Position numbers and translations under genes: made by a program. A stretch of DNA of 64,000 nucleotides from Octopus sinensis (taxonomy: Eukaryota), in assembly GCF_006345805.1 (NCBI RefSeq), contig NC_043006.1:28334001-28398000 (forward strand), given 5' to 3'. Below, piece after piece: positions 12,124-22,826 of this stretch. Position 1 is the stretch's first letter. The number at the start of each line of letters is the position of its first letter. Below the pieces are notes generated by a model, which had not been told where the DNA came from, made no database searches, and worked only from the letters and a program-made list of their open reading frames with translations.

Positions 12124-14437
12124 TGATCTAATCAAGAGCTAAACAAAACAATATGCATTTTTTTACCTTTGGATCAGTCTGGATCTCAAAATAGTTGTCA
12201 CATAAGTGACACTTCATGCGAAATGTATATATGGGAGTGCTGTAATAGTTGCCAGTCTTTTTCTTCTCCGCATTGTAACGTACGCCCATTCCAATATGAC
12301 TGTTACAGCCACCACACCAAATATTATATGGCAACTCAAACCTGGAAAAGTTATGAAATAAAATGAAAGCATTTAGGTCTGTTGGTAATAAAAGGTCTCT
12401 CTCTTAGAGTGACAGGCAGATTGTATTATACTTATGTGTGAGCAACAATACTACATGGTTGTGAGATGTGGGCCATTAAAGTTGAAGACATGCAAAAACT
12501 ATAGAAAGGAATGAAACGAGCATGTTCCACTGGATGTGAAATGTCAGTGTGTACGAATGAATGATAAATTTGAGAGAAAAATGTACTGTAGTGTGCACAC
12601 ATTGGTATGAGCATGTGATGCATATGGATGAGGGCAGTTGTATAAAGATGCACTACTTGCTCACAGTAGATGGAACCCACAGAAGAGGGAGACGAGGCAA
12701 GACATGGGATGAAGTAATGAAGACTGATCTCAGGATGCTGAACCTCACAAAAACAATGACAAGTAACTTTAACATTGATGACATACTGTACAGGAGAGAA
12801 CCTGCTCTTTCAAGCAAGCATGGTAGAGAGAAGACTAACAAGGAGAGTATAACTAGGATGCTTTCACTTCATTTACCCTTGTACTCTCCCTTCACCTCTA
12901 TGGTACCTTTCAGTATCTCTTTCACTCATAGCTCTCACTGTATTCACCCACTACTCTCCCACCCTCTGCCTCAGTTTCTCACACTTACCTCTCACCATAG
13001 TTTCACTACCACCTCAATACCTTCAAATTTCTCTTTCTCTGACCTACCATCAACAACCTCAAGAGTATTTCTTTCAACAGTCTTCTCCCTAGTCTCTCTG
13101 GGTCCTTCTCACCTCATATCTTTCTCCCTTTCTTCCTACACTTCCATGTTCGCTTATAATGTGGGTTAGCACTGGATCCTCCTACTCAACCTACCCTATT
13201 AGCACTTGCTAACCCCCAACATAACTCTTTCCCTTTCTTTGTCTGTTTCATATACTCACCACTCAATATTTCTCTCAAAATCATATCCTGCCATTTATTT
13301 TTAGGCTCTCCACTGGATAAAATAGAAATGTATGGCTCTGTGATGTAAGAAAGCTGATGGCTGTAAAATTCTCATACAAATAACAGAACAGAATAAGGAA
13401 CAAAGATTGCGTCTACAGCTATTTTAAACATTATTTAACTGGTGAATGGATACAAATGCAGTATATTTGGAGAGATAATATTCTAACTGCAATGTCATAG
13501 TTTAGGGTTTGTTGAATGGGGAAAATGCAGACACAAATTTTAGGACAAAGTTTTGACTGGGTAATCATGTATATCCTCTAAGGCAAGACCCCCATTTCTG
13601 TCCTTGTCACACTATAACCTCTCATCTTCTGGCACAAGGCTACCTCTTCCAATATCCTGCTTCTCAAAAGATCTTTGTCTTGTGAGTTACTTGGTGACCC
13701 TACCAGTGCAGGTGTCATGTAAAAAGCATCCAGTCCACACTAAAGTAGTTGGCATTTGGAAGGGCATCCACCTGTAAAAACCATGCCAAAGCAGACCTTA
13801 CTAGTGTTACTGCCAAGTAAAAAGCACCCATTCCACTCAGTAAGGGCATCCAGCCATAAAAAATCATACCAAAACAGACTTGTACAATCTTCTGACTTGG
13901 CAGCTCCTATCATACATCCATGCCAGCATGGATAACAGAGAATAAATGATGATGATGATTGAAGAGTCAGAGACAGAGAGAGTATACAACTCAACAGTAA
14001 GCAGAATATTGTACCCTATTAATGACTGGAGGTTTGTAAATGAAGAGACTGCTTCACTTTCTTTCGGGAAAGTGACATAAGGTGTGAGTGTGTGTGTGTG
14101 TGTGTGTATGTGTGTGTGTGCGCACGTGCACATGTGTGTGTATGTGTGTGTGCGTGCATGCATTCTTTTAGGCTGTTCTGTCATCCTAAGAGAACAGTAC
14201 TGTAGAGTAACAAAGAACATATTGTATTTTTGAGGTTGTATATGACAACAATACTCTAGAATGACATAACTTTGTATTCCCATGTGATATGAAAATATCT
14301 TACCTGATAACAAGTATACCTTGACTGAGTTTACGGGCTCGTTCTCGCAGGGGGTGAGAACCAACATACTTATTGATTGACCCCTTACTGGGGTTCCAGT
14401 CAGGAGGGTAGTAACGGTTGACTGCCTTTCTCTCTGC
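3246..14437 (-). CDS. YJU2B: YJU2B/CCDC130 splicing-factor homolog; six resolved coding exons join(14304-14437,12167-12341,10963-11047,7674-7846,6994-7132,3246-3712)
   Basis: Spliced translation AERKAVNRYYPPDWNPSKGSINKYVGSHPLRERARKLSQGILVIR-FELPYNIWCGGCNSHIGMGVRYNAEKKKTGNYYSTPIYTFRMKCHLCDNYFEIQTDPK-NHDYVILSGARRKEQRWDPKENEQIVPE-DKDTQKKLVKDAMYKLEHG...SKFR-EHKKSEQ...HYETTK-DSSISQK...DSDDDSK*. It matches the CWC16/YJU2 family (CxxC...CxxC zinc site). All junctions are GT-AG and phases are compatible (134,175,85,173,139,467 nt). Confidence 0.95.
5010..6230 (-). mobile_element. 5'-truncated RTE-clade LINE (ORF2 C-terminus, 3'UTR, (GAT)n tail) in the last intron of YJU2B
   Basis: ORF 5686-6102 contains MLHGSETW...RLERNE..MIRWMC...LHWYGHV...GRGRPRKTW, the RTE post-RT signature. 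The 3'UTR is shared with 9360-9790 and 13670-13960. Confidence 0.9.
8110..8530 (-). mobile_element. Degraded CR1/Jockey-like LINE ORF2 fragment
   Basis: Minus-strand translation contains QLYVRFTMEYCSHI, like the post-RT 'VRP.MEYCSHIW' motif; stops are present. Confidence 0.5.
9360..9790 (+). mobile_element. RTE 3'UTR fragment with (GAT)n tail
   Basis: gttggcattaggaagggcatccagctgtagaaac...gacgttaaatgatgatgat is the reverse complement of the 3' end of the 5010-6230 element. Confidence 0.8.
10279..10605 (-). mobile_element. SINE family C, CpG-decayed copy
   Basis: Reverse complement of 45673-45982 (gggtaaagaccccctt...aaataaagtgtcttgctcaagaacacaac). Confidence 0.8.
11120..11550 (-). mobile_element. 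Two degraded SINE family A copies in tandem
   Basis: Each retains aaaggcaaagtcaac...gaatttgaactcag, the reverse complement of the B-box and central domain. Confidence 0.7.
11753..11984 (+). mobile_element. SINE family A with 13-bp TSD
   Basis: GGCAGTGAGCTGGCAG head, GAGTTCAAATTC B-box, caataaagaaata tail; flanked by agagggat(a/g)gaaa. Confidence 0.9.
12400..12790 (+). mobile_element. Degraded RTE LINE C-terminal fragment
   Basis: WYEHVMHMDEG...RRGRRGKTWDEVMKTDL in ORF 12561+ is homologous to 5686-6102. Confidence 0.8.
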
Positions 14438-14470
14438 CTGAAATAATGAAACATCACAATATATAAATAC

Positions 14471-14650
14471 TGGTTTCAAATTTTGGCACAAGGCCAACAA
14501 AATTCAGGAAGGGTATAAGTCAATTACATCAACCCCAGTCTGAAAGGATGGAGGGCACAATCGACGTTGGCAGAATTTGAACGTGAAGACAGACAAAATG
14601 CTGCAAAGAATTTTGTCTGGCATGCTAATGATTCTGCCAGTTTGCTGCCT
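14471..14650 (-). mobile_element. SINE family A-related copy ending about 30 nt before the acceptor of exon 14304-14437
   Basis: Minus strand ggcagcaaactggcagaatcattagc...gttcaaattctgcc. Confidence 0.75.
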
Positions 14651-15738
14651 TACAATATTATAAATATTAACATGTATAAAAAAATGGAAATCTTTCTCAA
14701 GATTCCCAATGTAATAAGTAATTATAATTGCAAATCAAATCTTAATTACACATTCAGTTCGTCAGGTATGTCCTATGGAAAAACTGAAATCAGCATATCA
14801 CTGCAGCTGTTGTTTTTACAATGAGATACTCTTCAGCTAATTCTTCATCCATCAAGCTGAAAATTTATTGGTTTTAATGGTCATCAAATACTAAATCTCG
14901 CAATTCAACAAAGTCGTAAGATAACAATTTTAAAATGTGAAGATAGGGTTAAATAACAGTCCTGGTTAATTTAAACCAGTAAACCAGTGACAAAGTCAGA
15001 CATATCTAAAAATTTCTAAAACTGGTCAATTTCAATAAGGCCAAAATTGATAATAAACTGCTGTGTCGTACAGAGTCATGCCCCTTGTTTATGGGCTCGT
15101 ACAGTATCATGATGGTTTTTAATTACGTATTTTAAATCAGTAGTCCTTCCTAGATAGATGGTGGTGGTGGTGGAAGAACCATTGTATGGATTGAAAAGGG
15201 AATGAGAAACTACCAAGTTGACTAAATTTGGATGGTTTTAAACGTTTTAGTTTTGTCCAAAGCCCAGGTAAAGAAAGAATTATATGGAAGCAAACTCTTA
15301 CACGAATAAATATCTCCTGATTAATAATGGGAGAGGGGAGATAAAAATGTCTATATTTGGTTGTGGTGGTGTAGTAGGTTGATATTTTTCAGTTTTTCAG
15401 TAAATCTTTGGTTTAACTCAAACTTTTAGACGTCATTTGGACCTCTGACACTGGTGGGATGGTAGGAAGAAAGTATCCTCAAACCAAAGTCCAAACCCAA
15501 ATGCTTGCAACAGAGTGAGTTTCATTAAAGACACCCAAGATGCCAAGTGGAGGTATTAAACTAGATGATGGATTAAGTCTGGCACCCAAGTTGGTCACAG
15601 TCGGATTCGAACTCAGAACACAAAGAGCTAGAACAAATATCATAAAGCATTTAGTCCAACATTCTTACAGTTCGCCCAGTCCACTGTGTTGTATTTATAC
15701 TTATTGTTCTGCTCAATACCACAGATTTGCTCGTCAGT

Positions 15739-16170
15739 TGTTTGACCATATGTAGTTGAGCATGTCCCTTAGTGGCTGACAATATGTGCATCTCTGATCA
15801 CGAACAGTAGTAGTTGGGGAGCACCATAGCCATGTGTTGAGAGGAGTTCTTTGGAGTTTGGATAATTCACCTCTGGAAACATGGCTGTTTCATTCAACAT
15901 CCTTAAACAACTCTTATATAGAGACCTTTTGAGTGGCAAGGGCTACTTGACCTGAAAAAAATTCTAACATGGCCCCACCTGCAAGGTCATGAGCTGTTTA
16001 TCTTGATATGAGATCACCATGTCGTGTACATATGATTGTGAGGCATGTGCTTGGTGTACCCTTATTAGATGGGTAGTCATGATGGATGTACAGGCTTTGT
16101 ATATTTTACCCCAATGTCACTTTGCTGGCATGCACTGCTCTCTCATTCAATAATAATGATAATAATAATA
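15739..16170 (+). mobile_element. Repeat family D with (AAT)n tail, intronic copy
   Basis: About 430 bp alignable to 33397-33870. Confidence 0.85.
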
Positions 16171-17332
16171 AGTAAAAGAGACCCAATGTGTGTGTTTCTT
16201 ATTGGTGTAATGACTCTCCCAAGATTTAAAAAAAATCTGTTTTGAAAGATGTTTGCATGTGCATGGTAGATATTCTTTAAAAAAAAGCTTTGCAAAAGAA
16301 GAAACCTCATTAAACTAATGATGTTAATTCCAGAGAGTTTACAACATTGACAAACATGATCTTAGAAATAGAAATGATTGCTTAAGAAAACAGCATTGAA
16401 CAGTTAACTGCTGCTGTGGGTACTTTCATATGAGATGAAAGGATGATTACCTAACCTGATGTATTACCTACTAAGGCAGTGGTTCTCAACTGGGTCCAAA
16501 TAATATTTTCTTGTTAAAATCTATCTGCAATAAATTGGTTATACTTCTAAAATACACAAACTATTTTATTAATTATTTTTATACAATTCTTGATAATACT
16601 TAATTATAAAAATATAATAGGATTTTTTAAACATTGAGTGGTTAAGATGGTCCACCTGAGTAAAATAGGAATCAAAGGCGTATATAGGTAAAAATGGTTG
16701 AGAAACACTGTACTAAGGCATCCAGACCTTTTACGCTAAATCTGGATATCTTTGCCGAGTCTATATGTGGGAATTTTACATTTTTTTCTTGGAAACAGTG
16801 ACTTCATAGGAAGTATTTTAGGATAAGTCAGTTATGTGAATGTAGACTATCCCTTTCTAAGTGTTAGCACTAACAGAACCTGATCCCAGAAGAGCAAACT
16901 AATGAAACAAGATTCACATTAATAAAATGTTTGGCACCATTGCTCCTATGAGTACACTTTAGCAAGGAGGATTTCGTTTGATACTACTCCTGAAAGACAC
17001 AAAGTTGGTAGTCACATGGTTTTGTGACTACAGCTTGCTTATAAGCAGAAACATTGTTATTTTCAGCTGTAACACAAAGCCATCTGGCCACTTATTTATG
17101 CATCTTCCAGAGGTATAGTCAAACACAATTATGGCTGCTAAAGGGTACTTGCAGGTTCAAGGTTATAATTTCTTGAACTATTAATCTCACCTTTACAACA
17201 AATGTACACACACATACACACATATACATGATGGTCTTCTGAACAGTTTCTGTTTACCAAATTTACTCACATGGCATTGGTTGTCCTGATGCCATTGTAG
17301 AAGACACTTGCTCAAGGTACTGTGCAGTGTGA

Positions 17333-17553
17333 GGGCGGCGAGCTGGCAGAATCGTTAGCATACCGGGCGAAATGCTTAGCGGTATTTCGTCTGCTGCTAC
17401 GTTCTGAGTTCAAATTCCACCGAGGTCGACTTTGCCTTTCATCCTTTCGGGGTCGATTAAATAAGTACCAGTTACGCACTGGAGTTGATATAATCGACTT
17501 AATCCATTTGTTTGTCCTCTCTGTGTTTAGCCCCTTGTGGACAATAAAGAAAT
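17333..17553 (+). mobile_element. Young SINE family A with 18-bp TSD, nested in a family B SINE (17222-17635, minus)
   Basis: TSD aggtactgtgcagtgtga at 17315-17332 and 17554-17571; intact A- and B-boxes; CpGs retained. Confidence 0.95.
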
Positions 17554-18789
17554 AGGTACTGTGCAGTGTGACTGAACCCAAAACCATATCGTTGGACACT
17601 AAACTCGTTAACCATACAGCCATGACTACATAGTCAAAGTTGTGCAGTGTTCCTAACAAGGACATTTCCCTTTCTAAAGCTCAGCACAAACAGTAGTAAA
17701 CAAACACTATTAGGAGACACAGAAGACTAAGCCATCGAAGTAACCTCTACGTAGCTACTTGCCCTGCTAGAAATAGCAGCTAAGTCCTCCTTAAATTACA
17801 TCCTTACCATCTCAAAGTAAGGACACATTGGATAATGTAGTTCACTGACTGAAAAGAAACGTGTTTTCTATAATAATTTTAGTTACATATAATACGCATC
17901 CATGATAAGAATCGACTCCAGTACTTGTCTGGTACTTTATTTTATCGACTCAGGTGCGATGAAAGGTAAAGTGACAATGCTTATAATGCATCTTAAATTT
18001 GAATAAAATTATGATATAAGCCATCTTAAATCCATCCATGGGTTTGAAAGGAAACGAAATTAGCCTCCATCAAAATCACAAAGACACGAAGTCTACAGTC
18101 GTGCTACACACACAGACACACATATACATCATATATACAGTATTTATAATAAGGTGGAGTAGCATTAATATACGTGTGAGACTTGACGACACGCATAAAA
18201 AAAGTAAAAAAACATGACTAAAACAGGGTTTCGGAACGCGAAAAAGAAAATAATTCTGTAACATCCGACCAAGGGAAATAACAGAAATAATTTAATGCTA
18301 TTGTTAGTGCTTTAAGATATTCTTAAATTTAAGTGTTGTTATTGCATTGATGGACCCTACGAAACATTTCTACGATTTTTCATGGTTACATAATCGACTG
18401 GAAATAGCAACCAAAACACCCTCAAAACAGAACGCATAGGATGTCATCTAAGATCATCGTATCTGGACAAAACACCGGAATAGTGCAACTGACGTATTCT
18501 AGATATCAAGCTGACCTGTGGTTCAATAAGAAAATAAGTAGATATACACATAAGTGAAGAATTTTTAATTTCGCTACCATACTTCAGAATCTGATCTGAT
18601 TACAATATTACAATGAATGTGTAAAATTGATAAATCCTGTAAGACCATTAAAAAATTATATATATATAATACATAATATATATATATAAATATGTGTGTG
18701 TGAGTATGCATATATATATATATGGTTTATCTGGTCTTGTATCAAAGTGAATTAAGTTGATGTAAATATTTATAAATATCCCAACCTAC

Positions 18790-18792
18790 CAT
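18790..18792 (-). CDS. YJU2B: Tentative first coding segment of YJU2B (ATG at the end of exon 1)
   Basis: Exon 14304-14437 starts in phase 0 without Met. The minus strand reads aaaataatATG|gtaggt here (A at -3, good donor), close to where CpG depletion ends. A weaker alternative is ATG|gtagcg at 18578-18580. Confidence 0.45.
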
Positions 18793-19199
18793 ATTATTTT
18801 ATATACAACCAATACACTGTTTCGTATCTATTTCTTGACTTCACAAACATATTAACAGCTATAATTTCGTAATAAATTACATAGTATTTTGCAGCTATGA
18901 AATTGCGAAGTAAAATTAAAACAAAAATTACTGGATTTTAAATCTTTGTTAAATAAAAAAAATGAACAAAATAGACAACAAAAGATAATGCTGTATGTGA
19001 CTTAACCCCCAAATCTCATTTTCCAGGTTGTCAAGTGTACTAGAACACATACACCATATGATAATATAAGCATTCTTTATTTACTTGGCTTGTATTTATT
19101 TTATTGACTTGAAAAGCGAAAGGCAAAGTCAACAGCGGCAGGATTGAAGCGCAAAATGTAAAGAGATGTAATCGTCTGGAAGCCGTTCAGCGACTTGCA

Positions 19200-19694
19200 A
19201 CCAAAAGAATACCCTCCATCAGGCATTTGCCATATTCTGAACGCCTTACTTCCCTGGGCCTGGACACATTGAAATTCCGACGTCTGGCAGCTGACTTGGC
19301 AGACACCCATAAAATTATCAACCATCTTACAAACAATAACTCTGAGCACCTTTTCAAACTCTACCCGTCTAACACTAGTGGACATATTTACAAAGTCAGA
19401 AAACAGCACAGCTCCCATGACTTTAGGAAACATTTTTTCACGCTGAGAGTTGCTAAAGCATGGAACAGACTGCTGGCATCAGTTGTTGGTTGTCGGAGCA
19501 CTGCATCCTTCAAAACTTCCATGCTTTCTGAGATTCGCCAACACTACACCTGATTTTCTCCCCTCCATACACACACACAAGCATGTATCTGACTCATACA
19601 TTGTTCGCTTTCCAGACATTTGTACATTACTGCATATACTTTATACGCACTTTCTGACAAGTTGTGGTGCACCTGAGCACTGTATACAATAATT

Positions 19695-19746
<52 letters not shown>

Positions 19747-19752
19747 TATTAT
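19200..19752 (+). mobile_element. 5'-truncated CR1-like LINE 3' end with (ATT)n tail
   Basis: PYSERLTSLGLDTLKFRRLAADL...RKHFFTLRVAKAWNRL is the CR1-type ORF2 C-terminus; followed by a 3'UTR and (ATT)n. Confidence 0.85.
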
Positions 19753-19764
19753 TATTTTTTATTT

Positions 19765-20195
19765 TTATTTTTTTTTCTTCTTTCAAATTTGCTTCCATTT
19801 CTTGCCGGGTGTCTTCCCGACTCCTAGGGCAAAGAAACTCATAGTATACATTGGTAGGCCATTAAACCAAACTCAGTAGTTCGTTCATTTTTTTTTTTTT
19901 TCTTTTTAAAGTTAAATTAAAATACATGAGCAGCAACAGTTCTCACATCGACAATGCTCTTCTCAATACGTGTGATGTACCAGTTAAGACAATCTTTTGC
20001 ACTTCTTGCAGGGATGGTAAGCCAGGGATCATTCTCATATAATTTTCGGTTCCCTTCTTGATCATTCCTAGTGCTCCTACGATCACTGGTATTGTAACCG
20101 CCTTGAGATGCCACATTTTCTCAATTTCAATGAGTAGGTCTTTATATTTTCTGAGCTTGTCAAACTCTTTCGTTGAGATATTATGATCACAGGGG
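19765..20195 (-). mobile_element. 5'-truncated R4/Dong-like LINE (restriction-like endonuclease C-terminus)
   Basis: Minus frame 20195-19943 reads PCDHNISTKEFDKLRKYKDLLIEIEKMWHLKAVTIPVIVGALGMIKKG...KIVLTGTSHVLRRALSM* (K..KY and PV.VGALG motifs); flanked by (ATT)n on both sides. Confidence 0.8.
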
Positions 20196-20259
<64 letters not shown>

Positions 20260-20439
20260 ATATTATTAAATATTAGCACACTGTCTCATCTGCCACAATC
20301 AAGCTACAAGATGACACTCGTTTGCGACTATGACCTGGTTGCTTGAGCCACTCTCTTGTTAGTCGTTTTAGGTAGCCAGAAGCAAACACAGACACTCTTT
20401 TGGCCATTACATCTTTAACCGGGCATGGTATCGACGGTA

Positions 20440-20572
20440 TGACTGTTCGAGGGAAAATGGGTTGCAACAGCAGTACCTTGTTCAAGGAATCACCACGCTT
20501 TTCGGTCTACGAATCGAACACAGGACCTTTCAGTTGCGAGGCTAACACTCTAACCACTAAGCTACACGCCTT
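20440..20572 (-). mobile_element. tRNA-like SINE head
   Basis: GGCGTGTAGCTTAGTGGTTAGAG...GTTCGATTCG; no acceptor stem, and it continues into a SINE-like body. Confidence 0.6.
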
Positions 20573-21589
20573 CAAACACACACATACACACGAGCCAAGA
20601 AAAATAATTCAGTGGCCAGTGTGCATGTAGTTGAATAGCATAGACAAATGCAGGCCTATCAAATACGATAAAATAAAAATTCCTAATTTATTAAAACTAT
20701 CTCTGCTCATAGATAAAGTTTCAATAGTACGAAATGGCAACTGAAATCAGTTCTATGAGAAGGGGAGATAATCTCAAAAATCAACAATTCTCCATAGTTA
20801 ACAAACCATTAAGGAAACGACAGGCTTATTGTCTGGAGATAAAAGAACAGTCATGGACACGATGGGCCTCATCAACACCAGAATTCTCCTACATATCTCC
20901 AGTAACCAATGGACGCCCCCTCCCGTACACACACATGTAGAATACATTAATGACTGAAGTTGCATAAATTAAACAAAAACGAACTCAGAGTGGCCAGTGG
21001 CATGTATTTGAGCAACACAAATAAACCAAGGTATATCAAATACCATGCAATGTCTCCTTTATCATCTGAAGCTGTTCTTAATTGCTATTTGGTAATAATG
21101 ACATCTTCTAGAGGCGGAAATAATTTTAATGAATTAAGAATTTATACTGTATGGTATTTAGTATACCTATATGTCTAAGATGTTCATACTGAGTAATTCC
21201 TCTTAGCTCATTTTTGCTTGAATTATGCAAATTGCATAGGTCATAAATGTGTCTTACTCTTTTTGCACTTGGCTACAAGAGAACTGTTGTGCTGATGACA
21301 TCCACTAATGCAGAAACACGCTTACGCATTTGTTCTCTTATCTTCAGGCAGTAAATTAATCCTTAATGGCATGTCAGTTTTGGAAAAATTCTTTATTCAT
21401 GAGATTATTTCTCCTTCTAATTTGGAGCTAGTCTCTAGAGGTGGAGATAGTTTTAGTAAACCAAGAATTTAGGTTGTATAATATTTGATACACCTCTATT
21501 TGTCAGTATGTGTGTGGTGTGTGTGTGTCTGTCTGTCTGCCTGTCTGTTTCTCTCTGTATACACACACACACACACACACACACACGAT

Positions 21590-22760
21590 TATTCTGAAAG
21601 TATTGAAAAAGTTTTCATCTCTCTTTTATCAATTGGCATATTCGAGTTTCACATGTCGGTAGAATAACTCTTTTTCTGTGCAAAGGTACGACTCAACAAT
21701 CTCCATCACACGCATTTGTGCCGTTGTTGGACCAAACTTTTGAATCCGCTCTGGAAAAATTCAAACGTGCATTGGTGCACCTACTTCTTTACAGCCTCTT
21801 TCACCTCGTCCACCGTTTGTGTCATCAAATTATCTCTGAAGACCGTCCTTCATTGGCTCGATCAGACTGAAGTCAGAGGGCAGCAGATCGGGGCCTTTCG
21901 CTGGATGGAGGATTACTGACCAGCCCAATTTTCCGATTGCCTTATTCATTGCCAAAGATGTAAATGAGCGTGAATTGCCATGGTAAATGTGGATCGTTTT
22001 TAGATTATTGCCCAGTCTCTTCCTCCTAACGGCTTCTGTAAGCTTTTTTGACCATTTCAATATGTCATTCGCTGTTCACAATACATACTCGTTCTTGTAA
22101 ATCACTTCCATTAAAAAAAAAAACAGGCATCATGGCTTTCTGTGCCCATCATTGGCTCTTGAACTTTTTAGATTTTGTCAAAGGGGAGTGACAACATTCC
22201 TCGGGCTGGGCCCTTGTTTTGTGATTATAAAGATACATCTAGGTTTCCTCCTTTGACACCAGGTTCAAACGCTTCCAACAGATCAGAGCTTCCAACAGAT
22301 CAGCGCAAACTTCCACCCTCCTCTCCTTCAAATCGGGTGTCAACTACCAAGGTAGCCACTTTCTACTCATTTTCCAATACCCAACGACTTCCACTCTCTT
22401 CTGTAATGTATTGTCACAGCCCAGTTCTGCAGCGAGCTCGCGGATTGTGACTGGTTTAATTGTGCGAACCTATTCGTCCACTAGCTAACGATCTGTGTCA
22501 GTGATGGCAGTTGATGTTTTTCCGCTGTGTCGGGTTTTTCAACCCGAGATTTCTCTTCTTTAAATTTCGTTATCTATCCCTACACATTACTCTTAACAAT
22601 GGTATCATCTCCGTAAATAACTTGTAGCCTTCTATGAATGCCAGGCAGCTTTCACACTTCTTTCGTCAGAACTCAATGACAGTACGTTGCTTCAGCTTGG
22701 AACCATTACTTGCCCTCAATGAAGACGTAAACGAAGAAGCACAAAAAGGAAGAAGAACAA
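21590..22760 (-). mobile_element. Mariner-like transposase relic
   Basis: N-terminal IHRRLQVIYGDD helix-turn-helix region (about 22560-22690) and HPAKGPDLLPSDF (YSPDLAPSD-like, about 21860-21920); multiple stops and frameshifts. Confidence 0.75.
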
Positions 22761-22826
22761 TAGAGGAAAACGAAGAACAATCTATGTCAGTTAATAAAAA
22801 AAGTTATATCCACTTTTACATTGGTC

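Noticed and set aside
20500-20572. tRNA gene candidate
   Set aside because: No acceptor-stem pairing, and it runs into a SINE body. The same holds for the tRNA-like head at 55920-55987.
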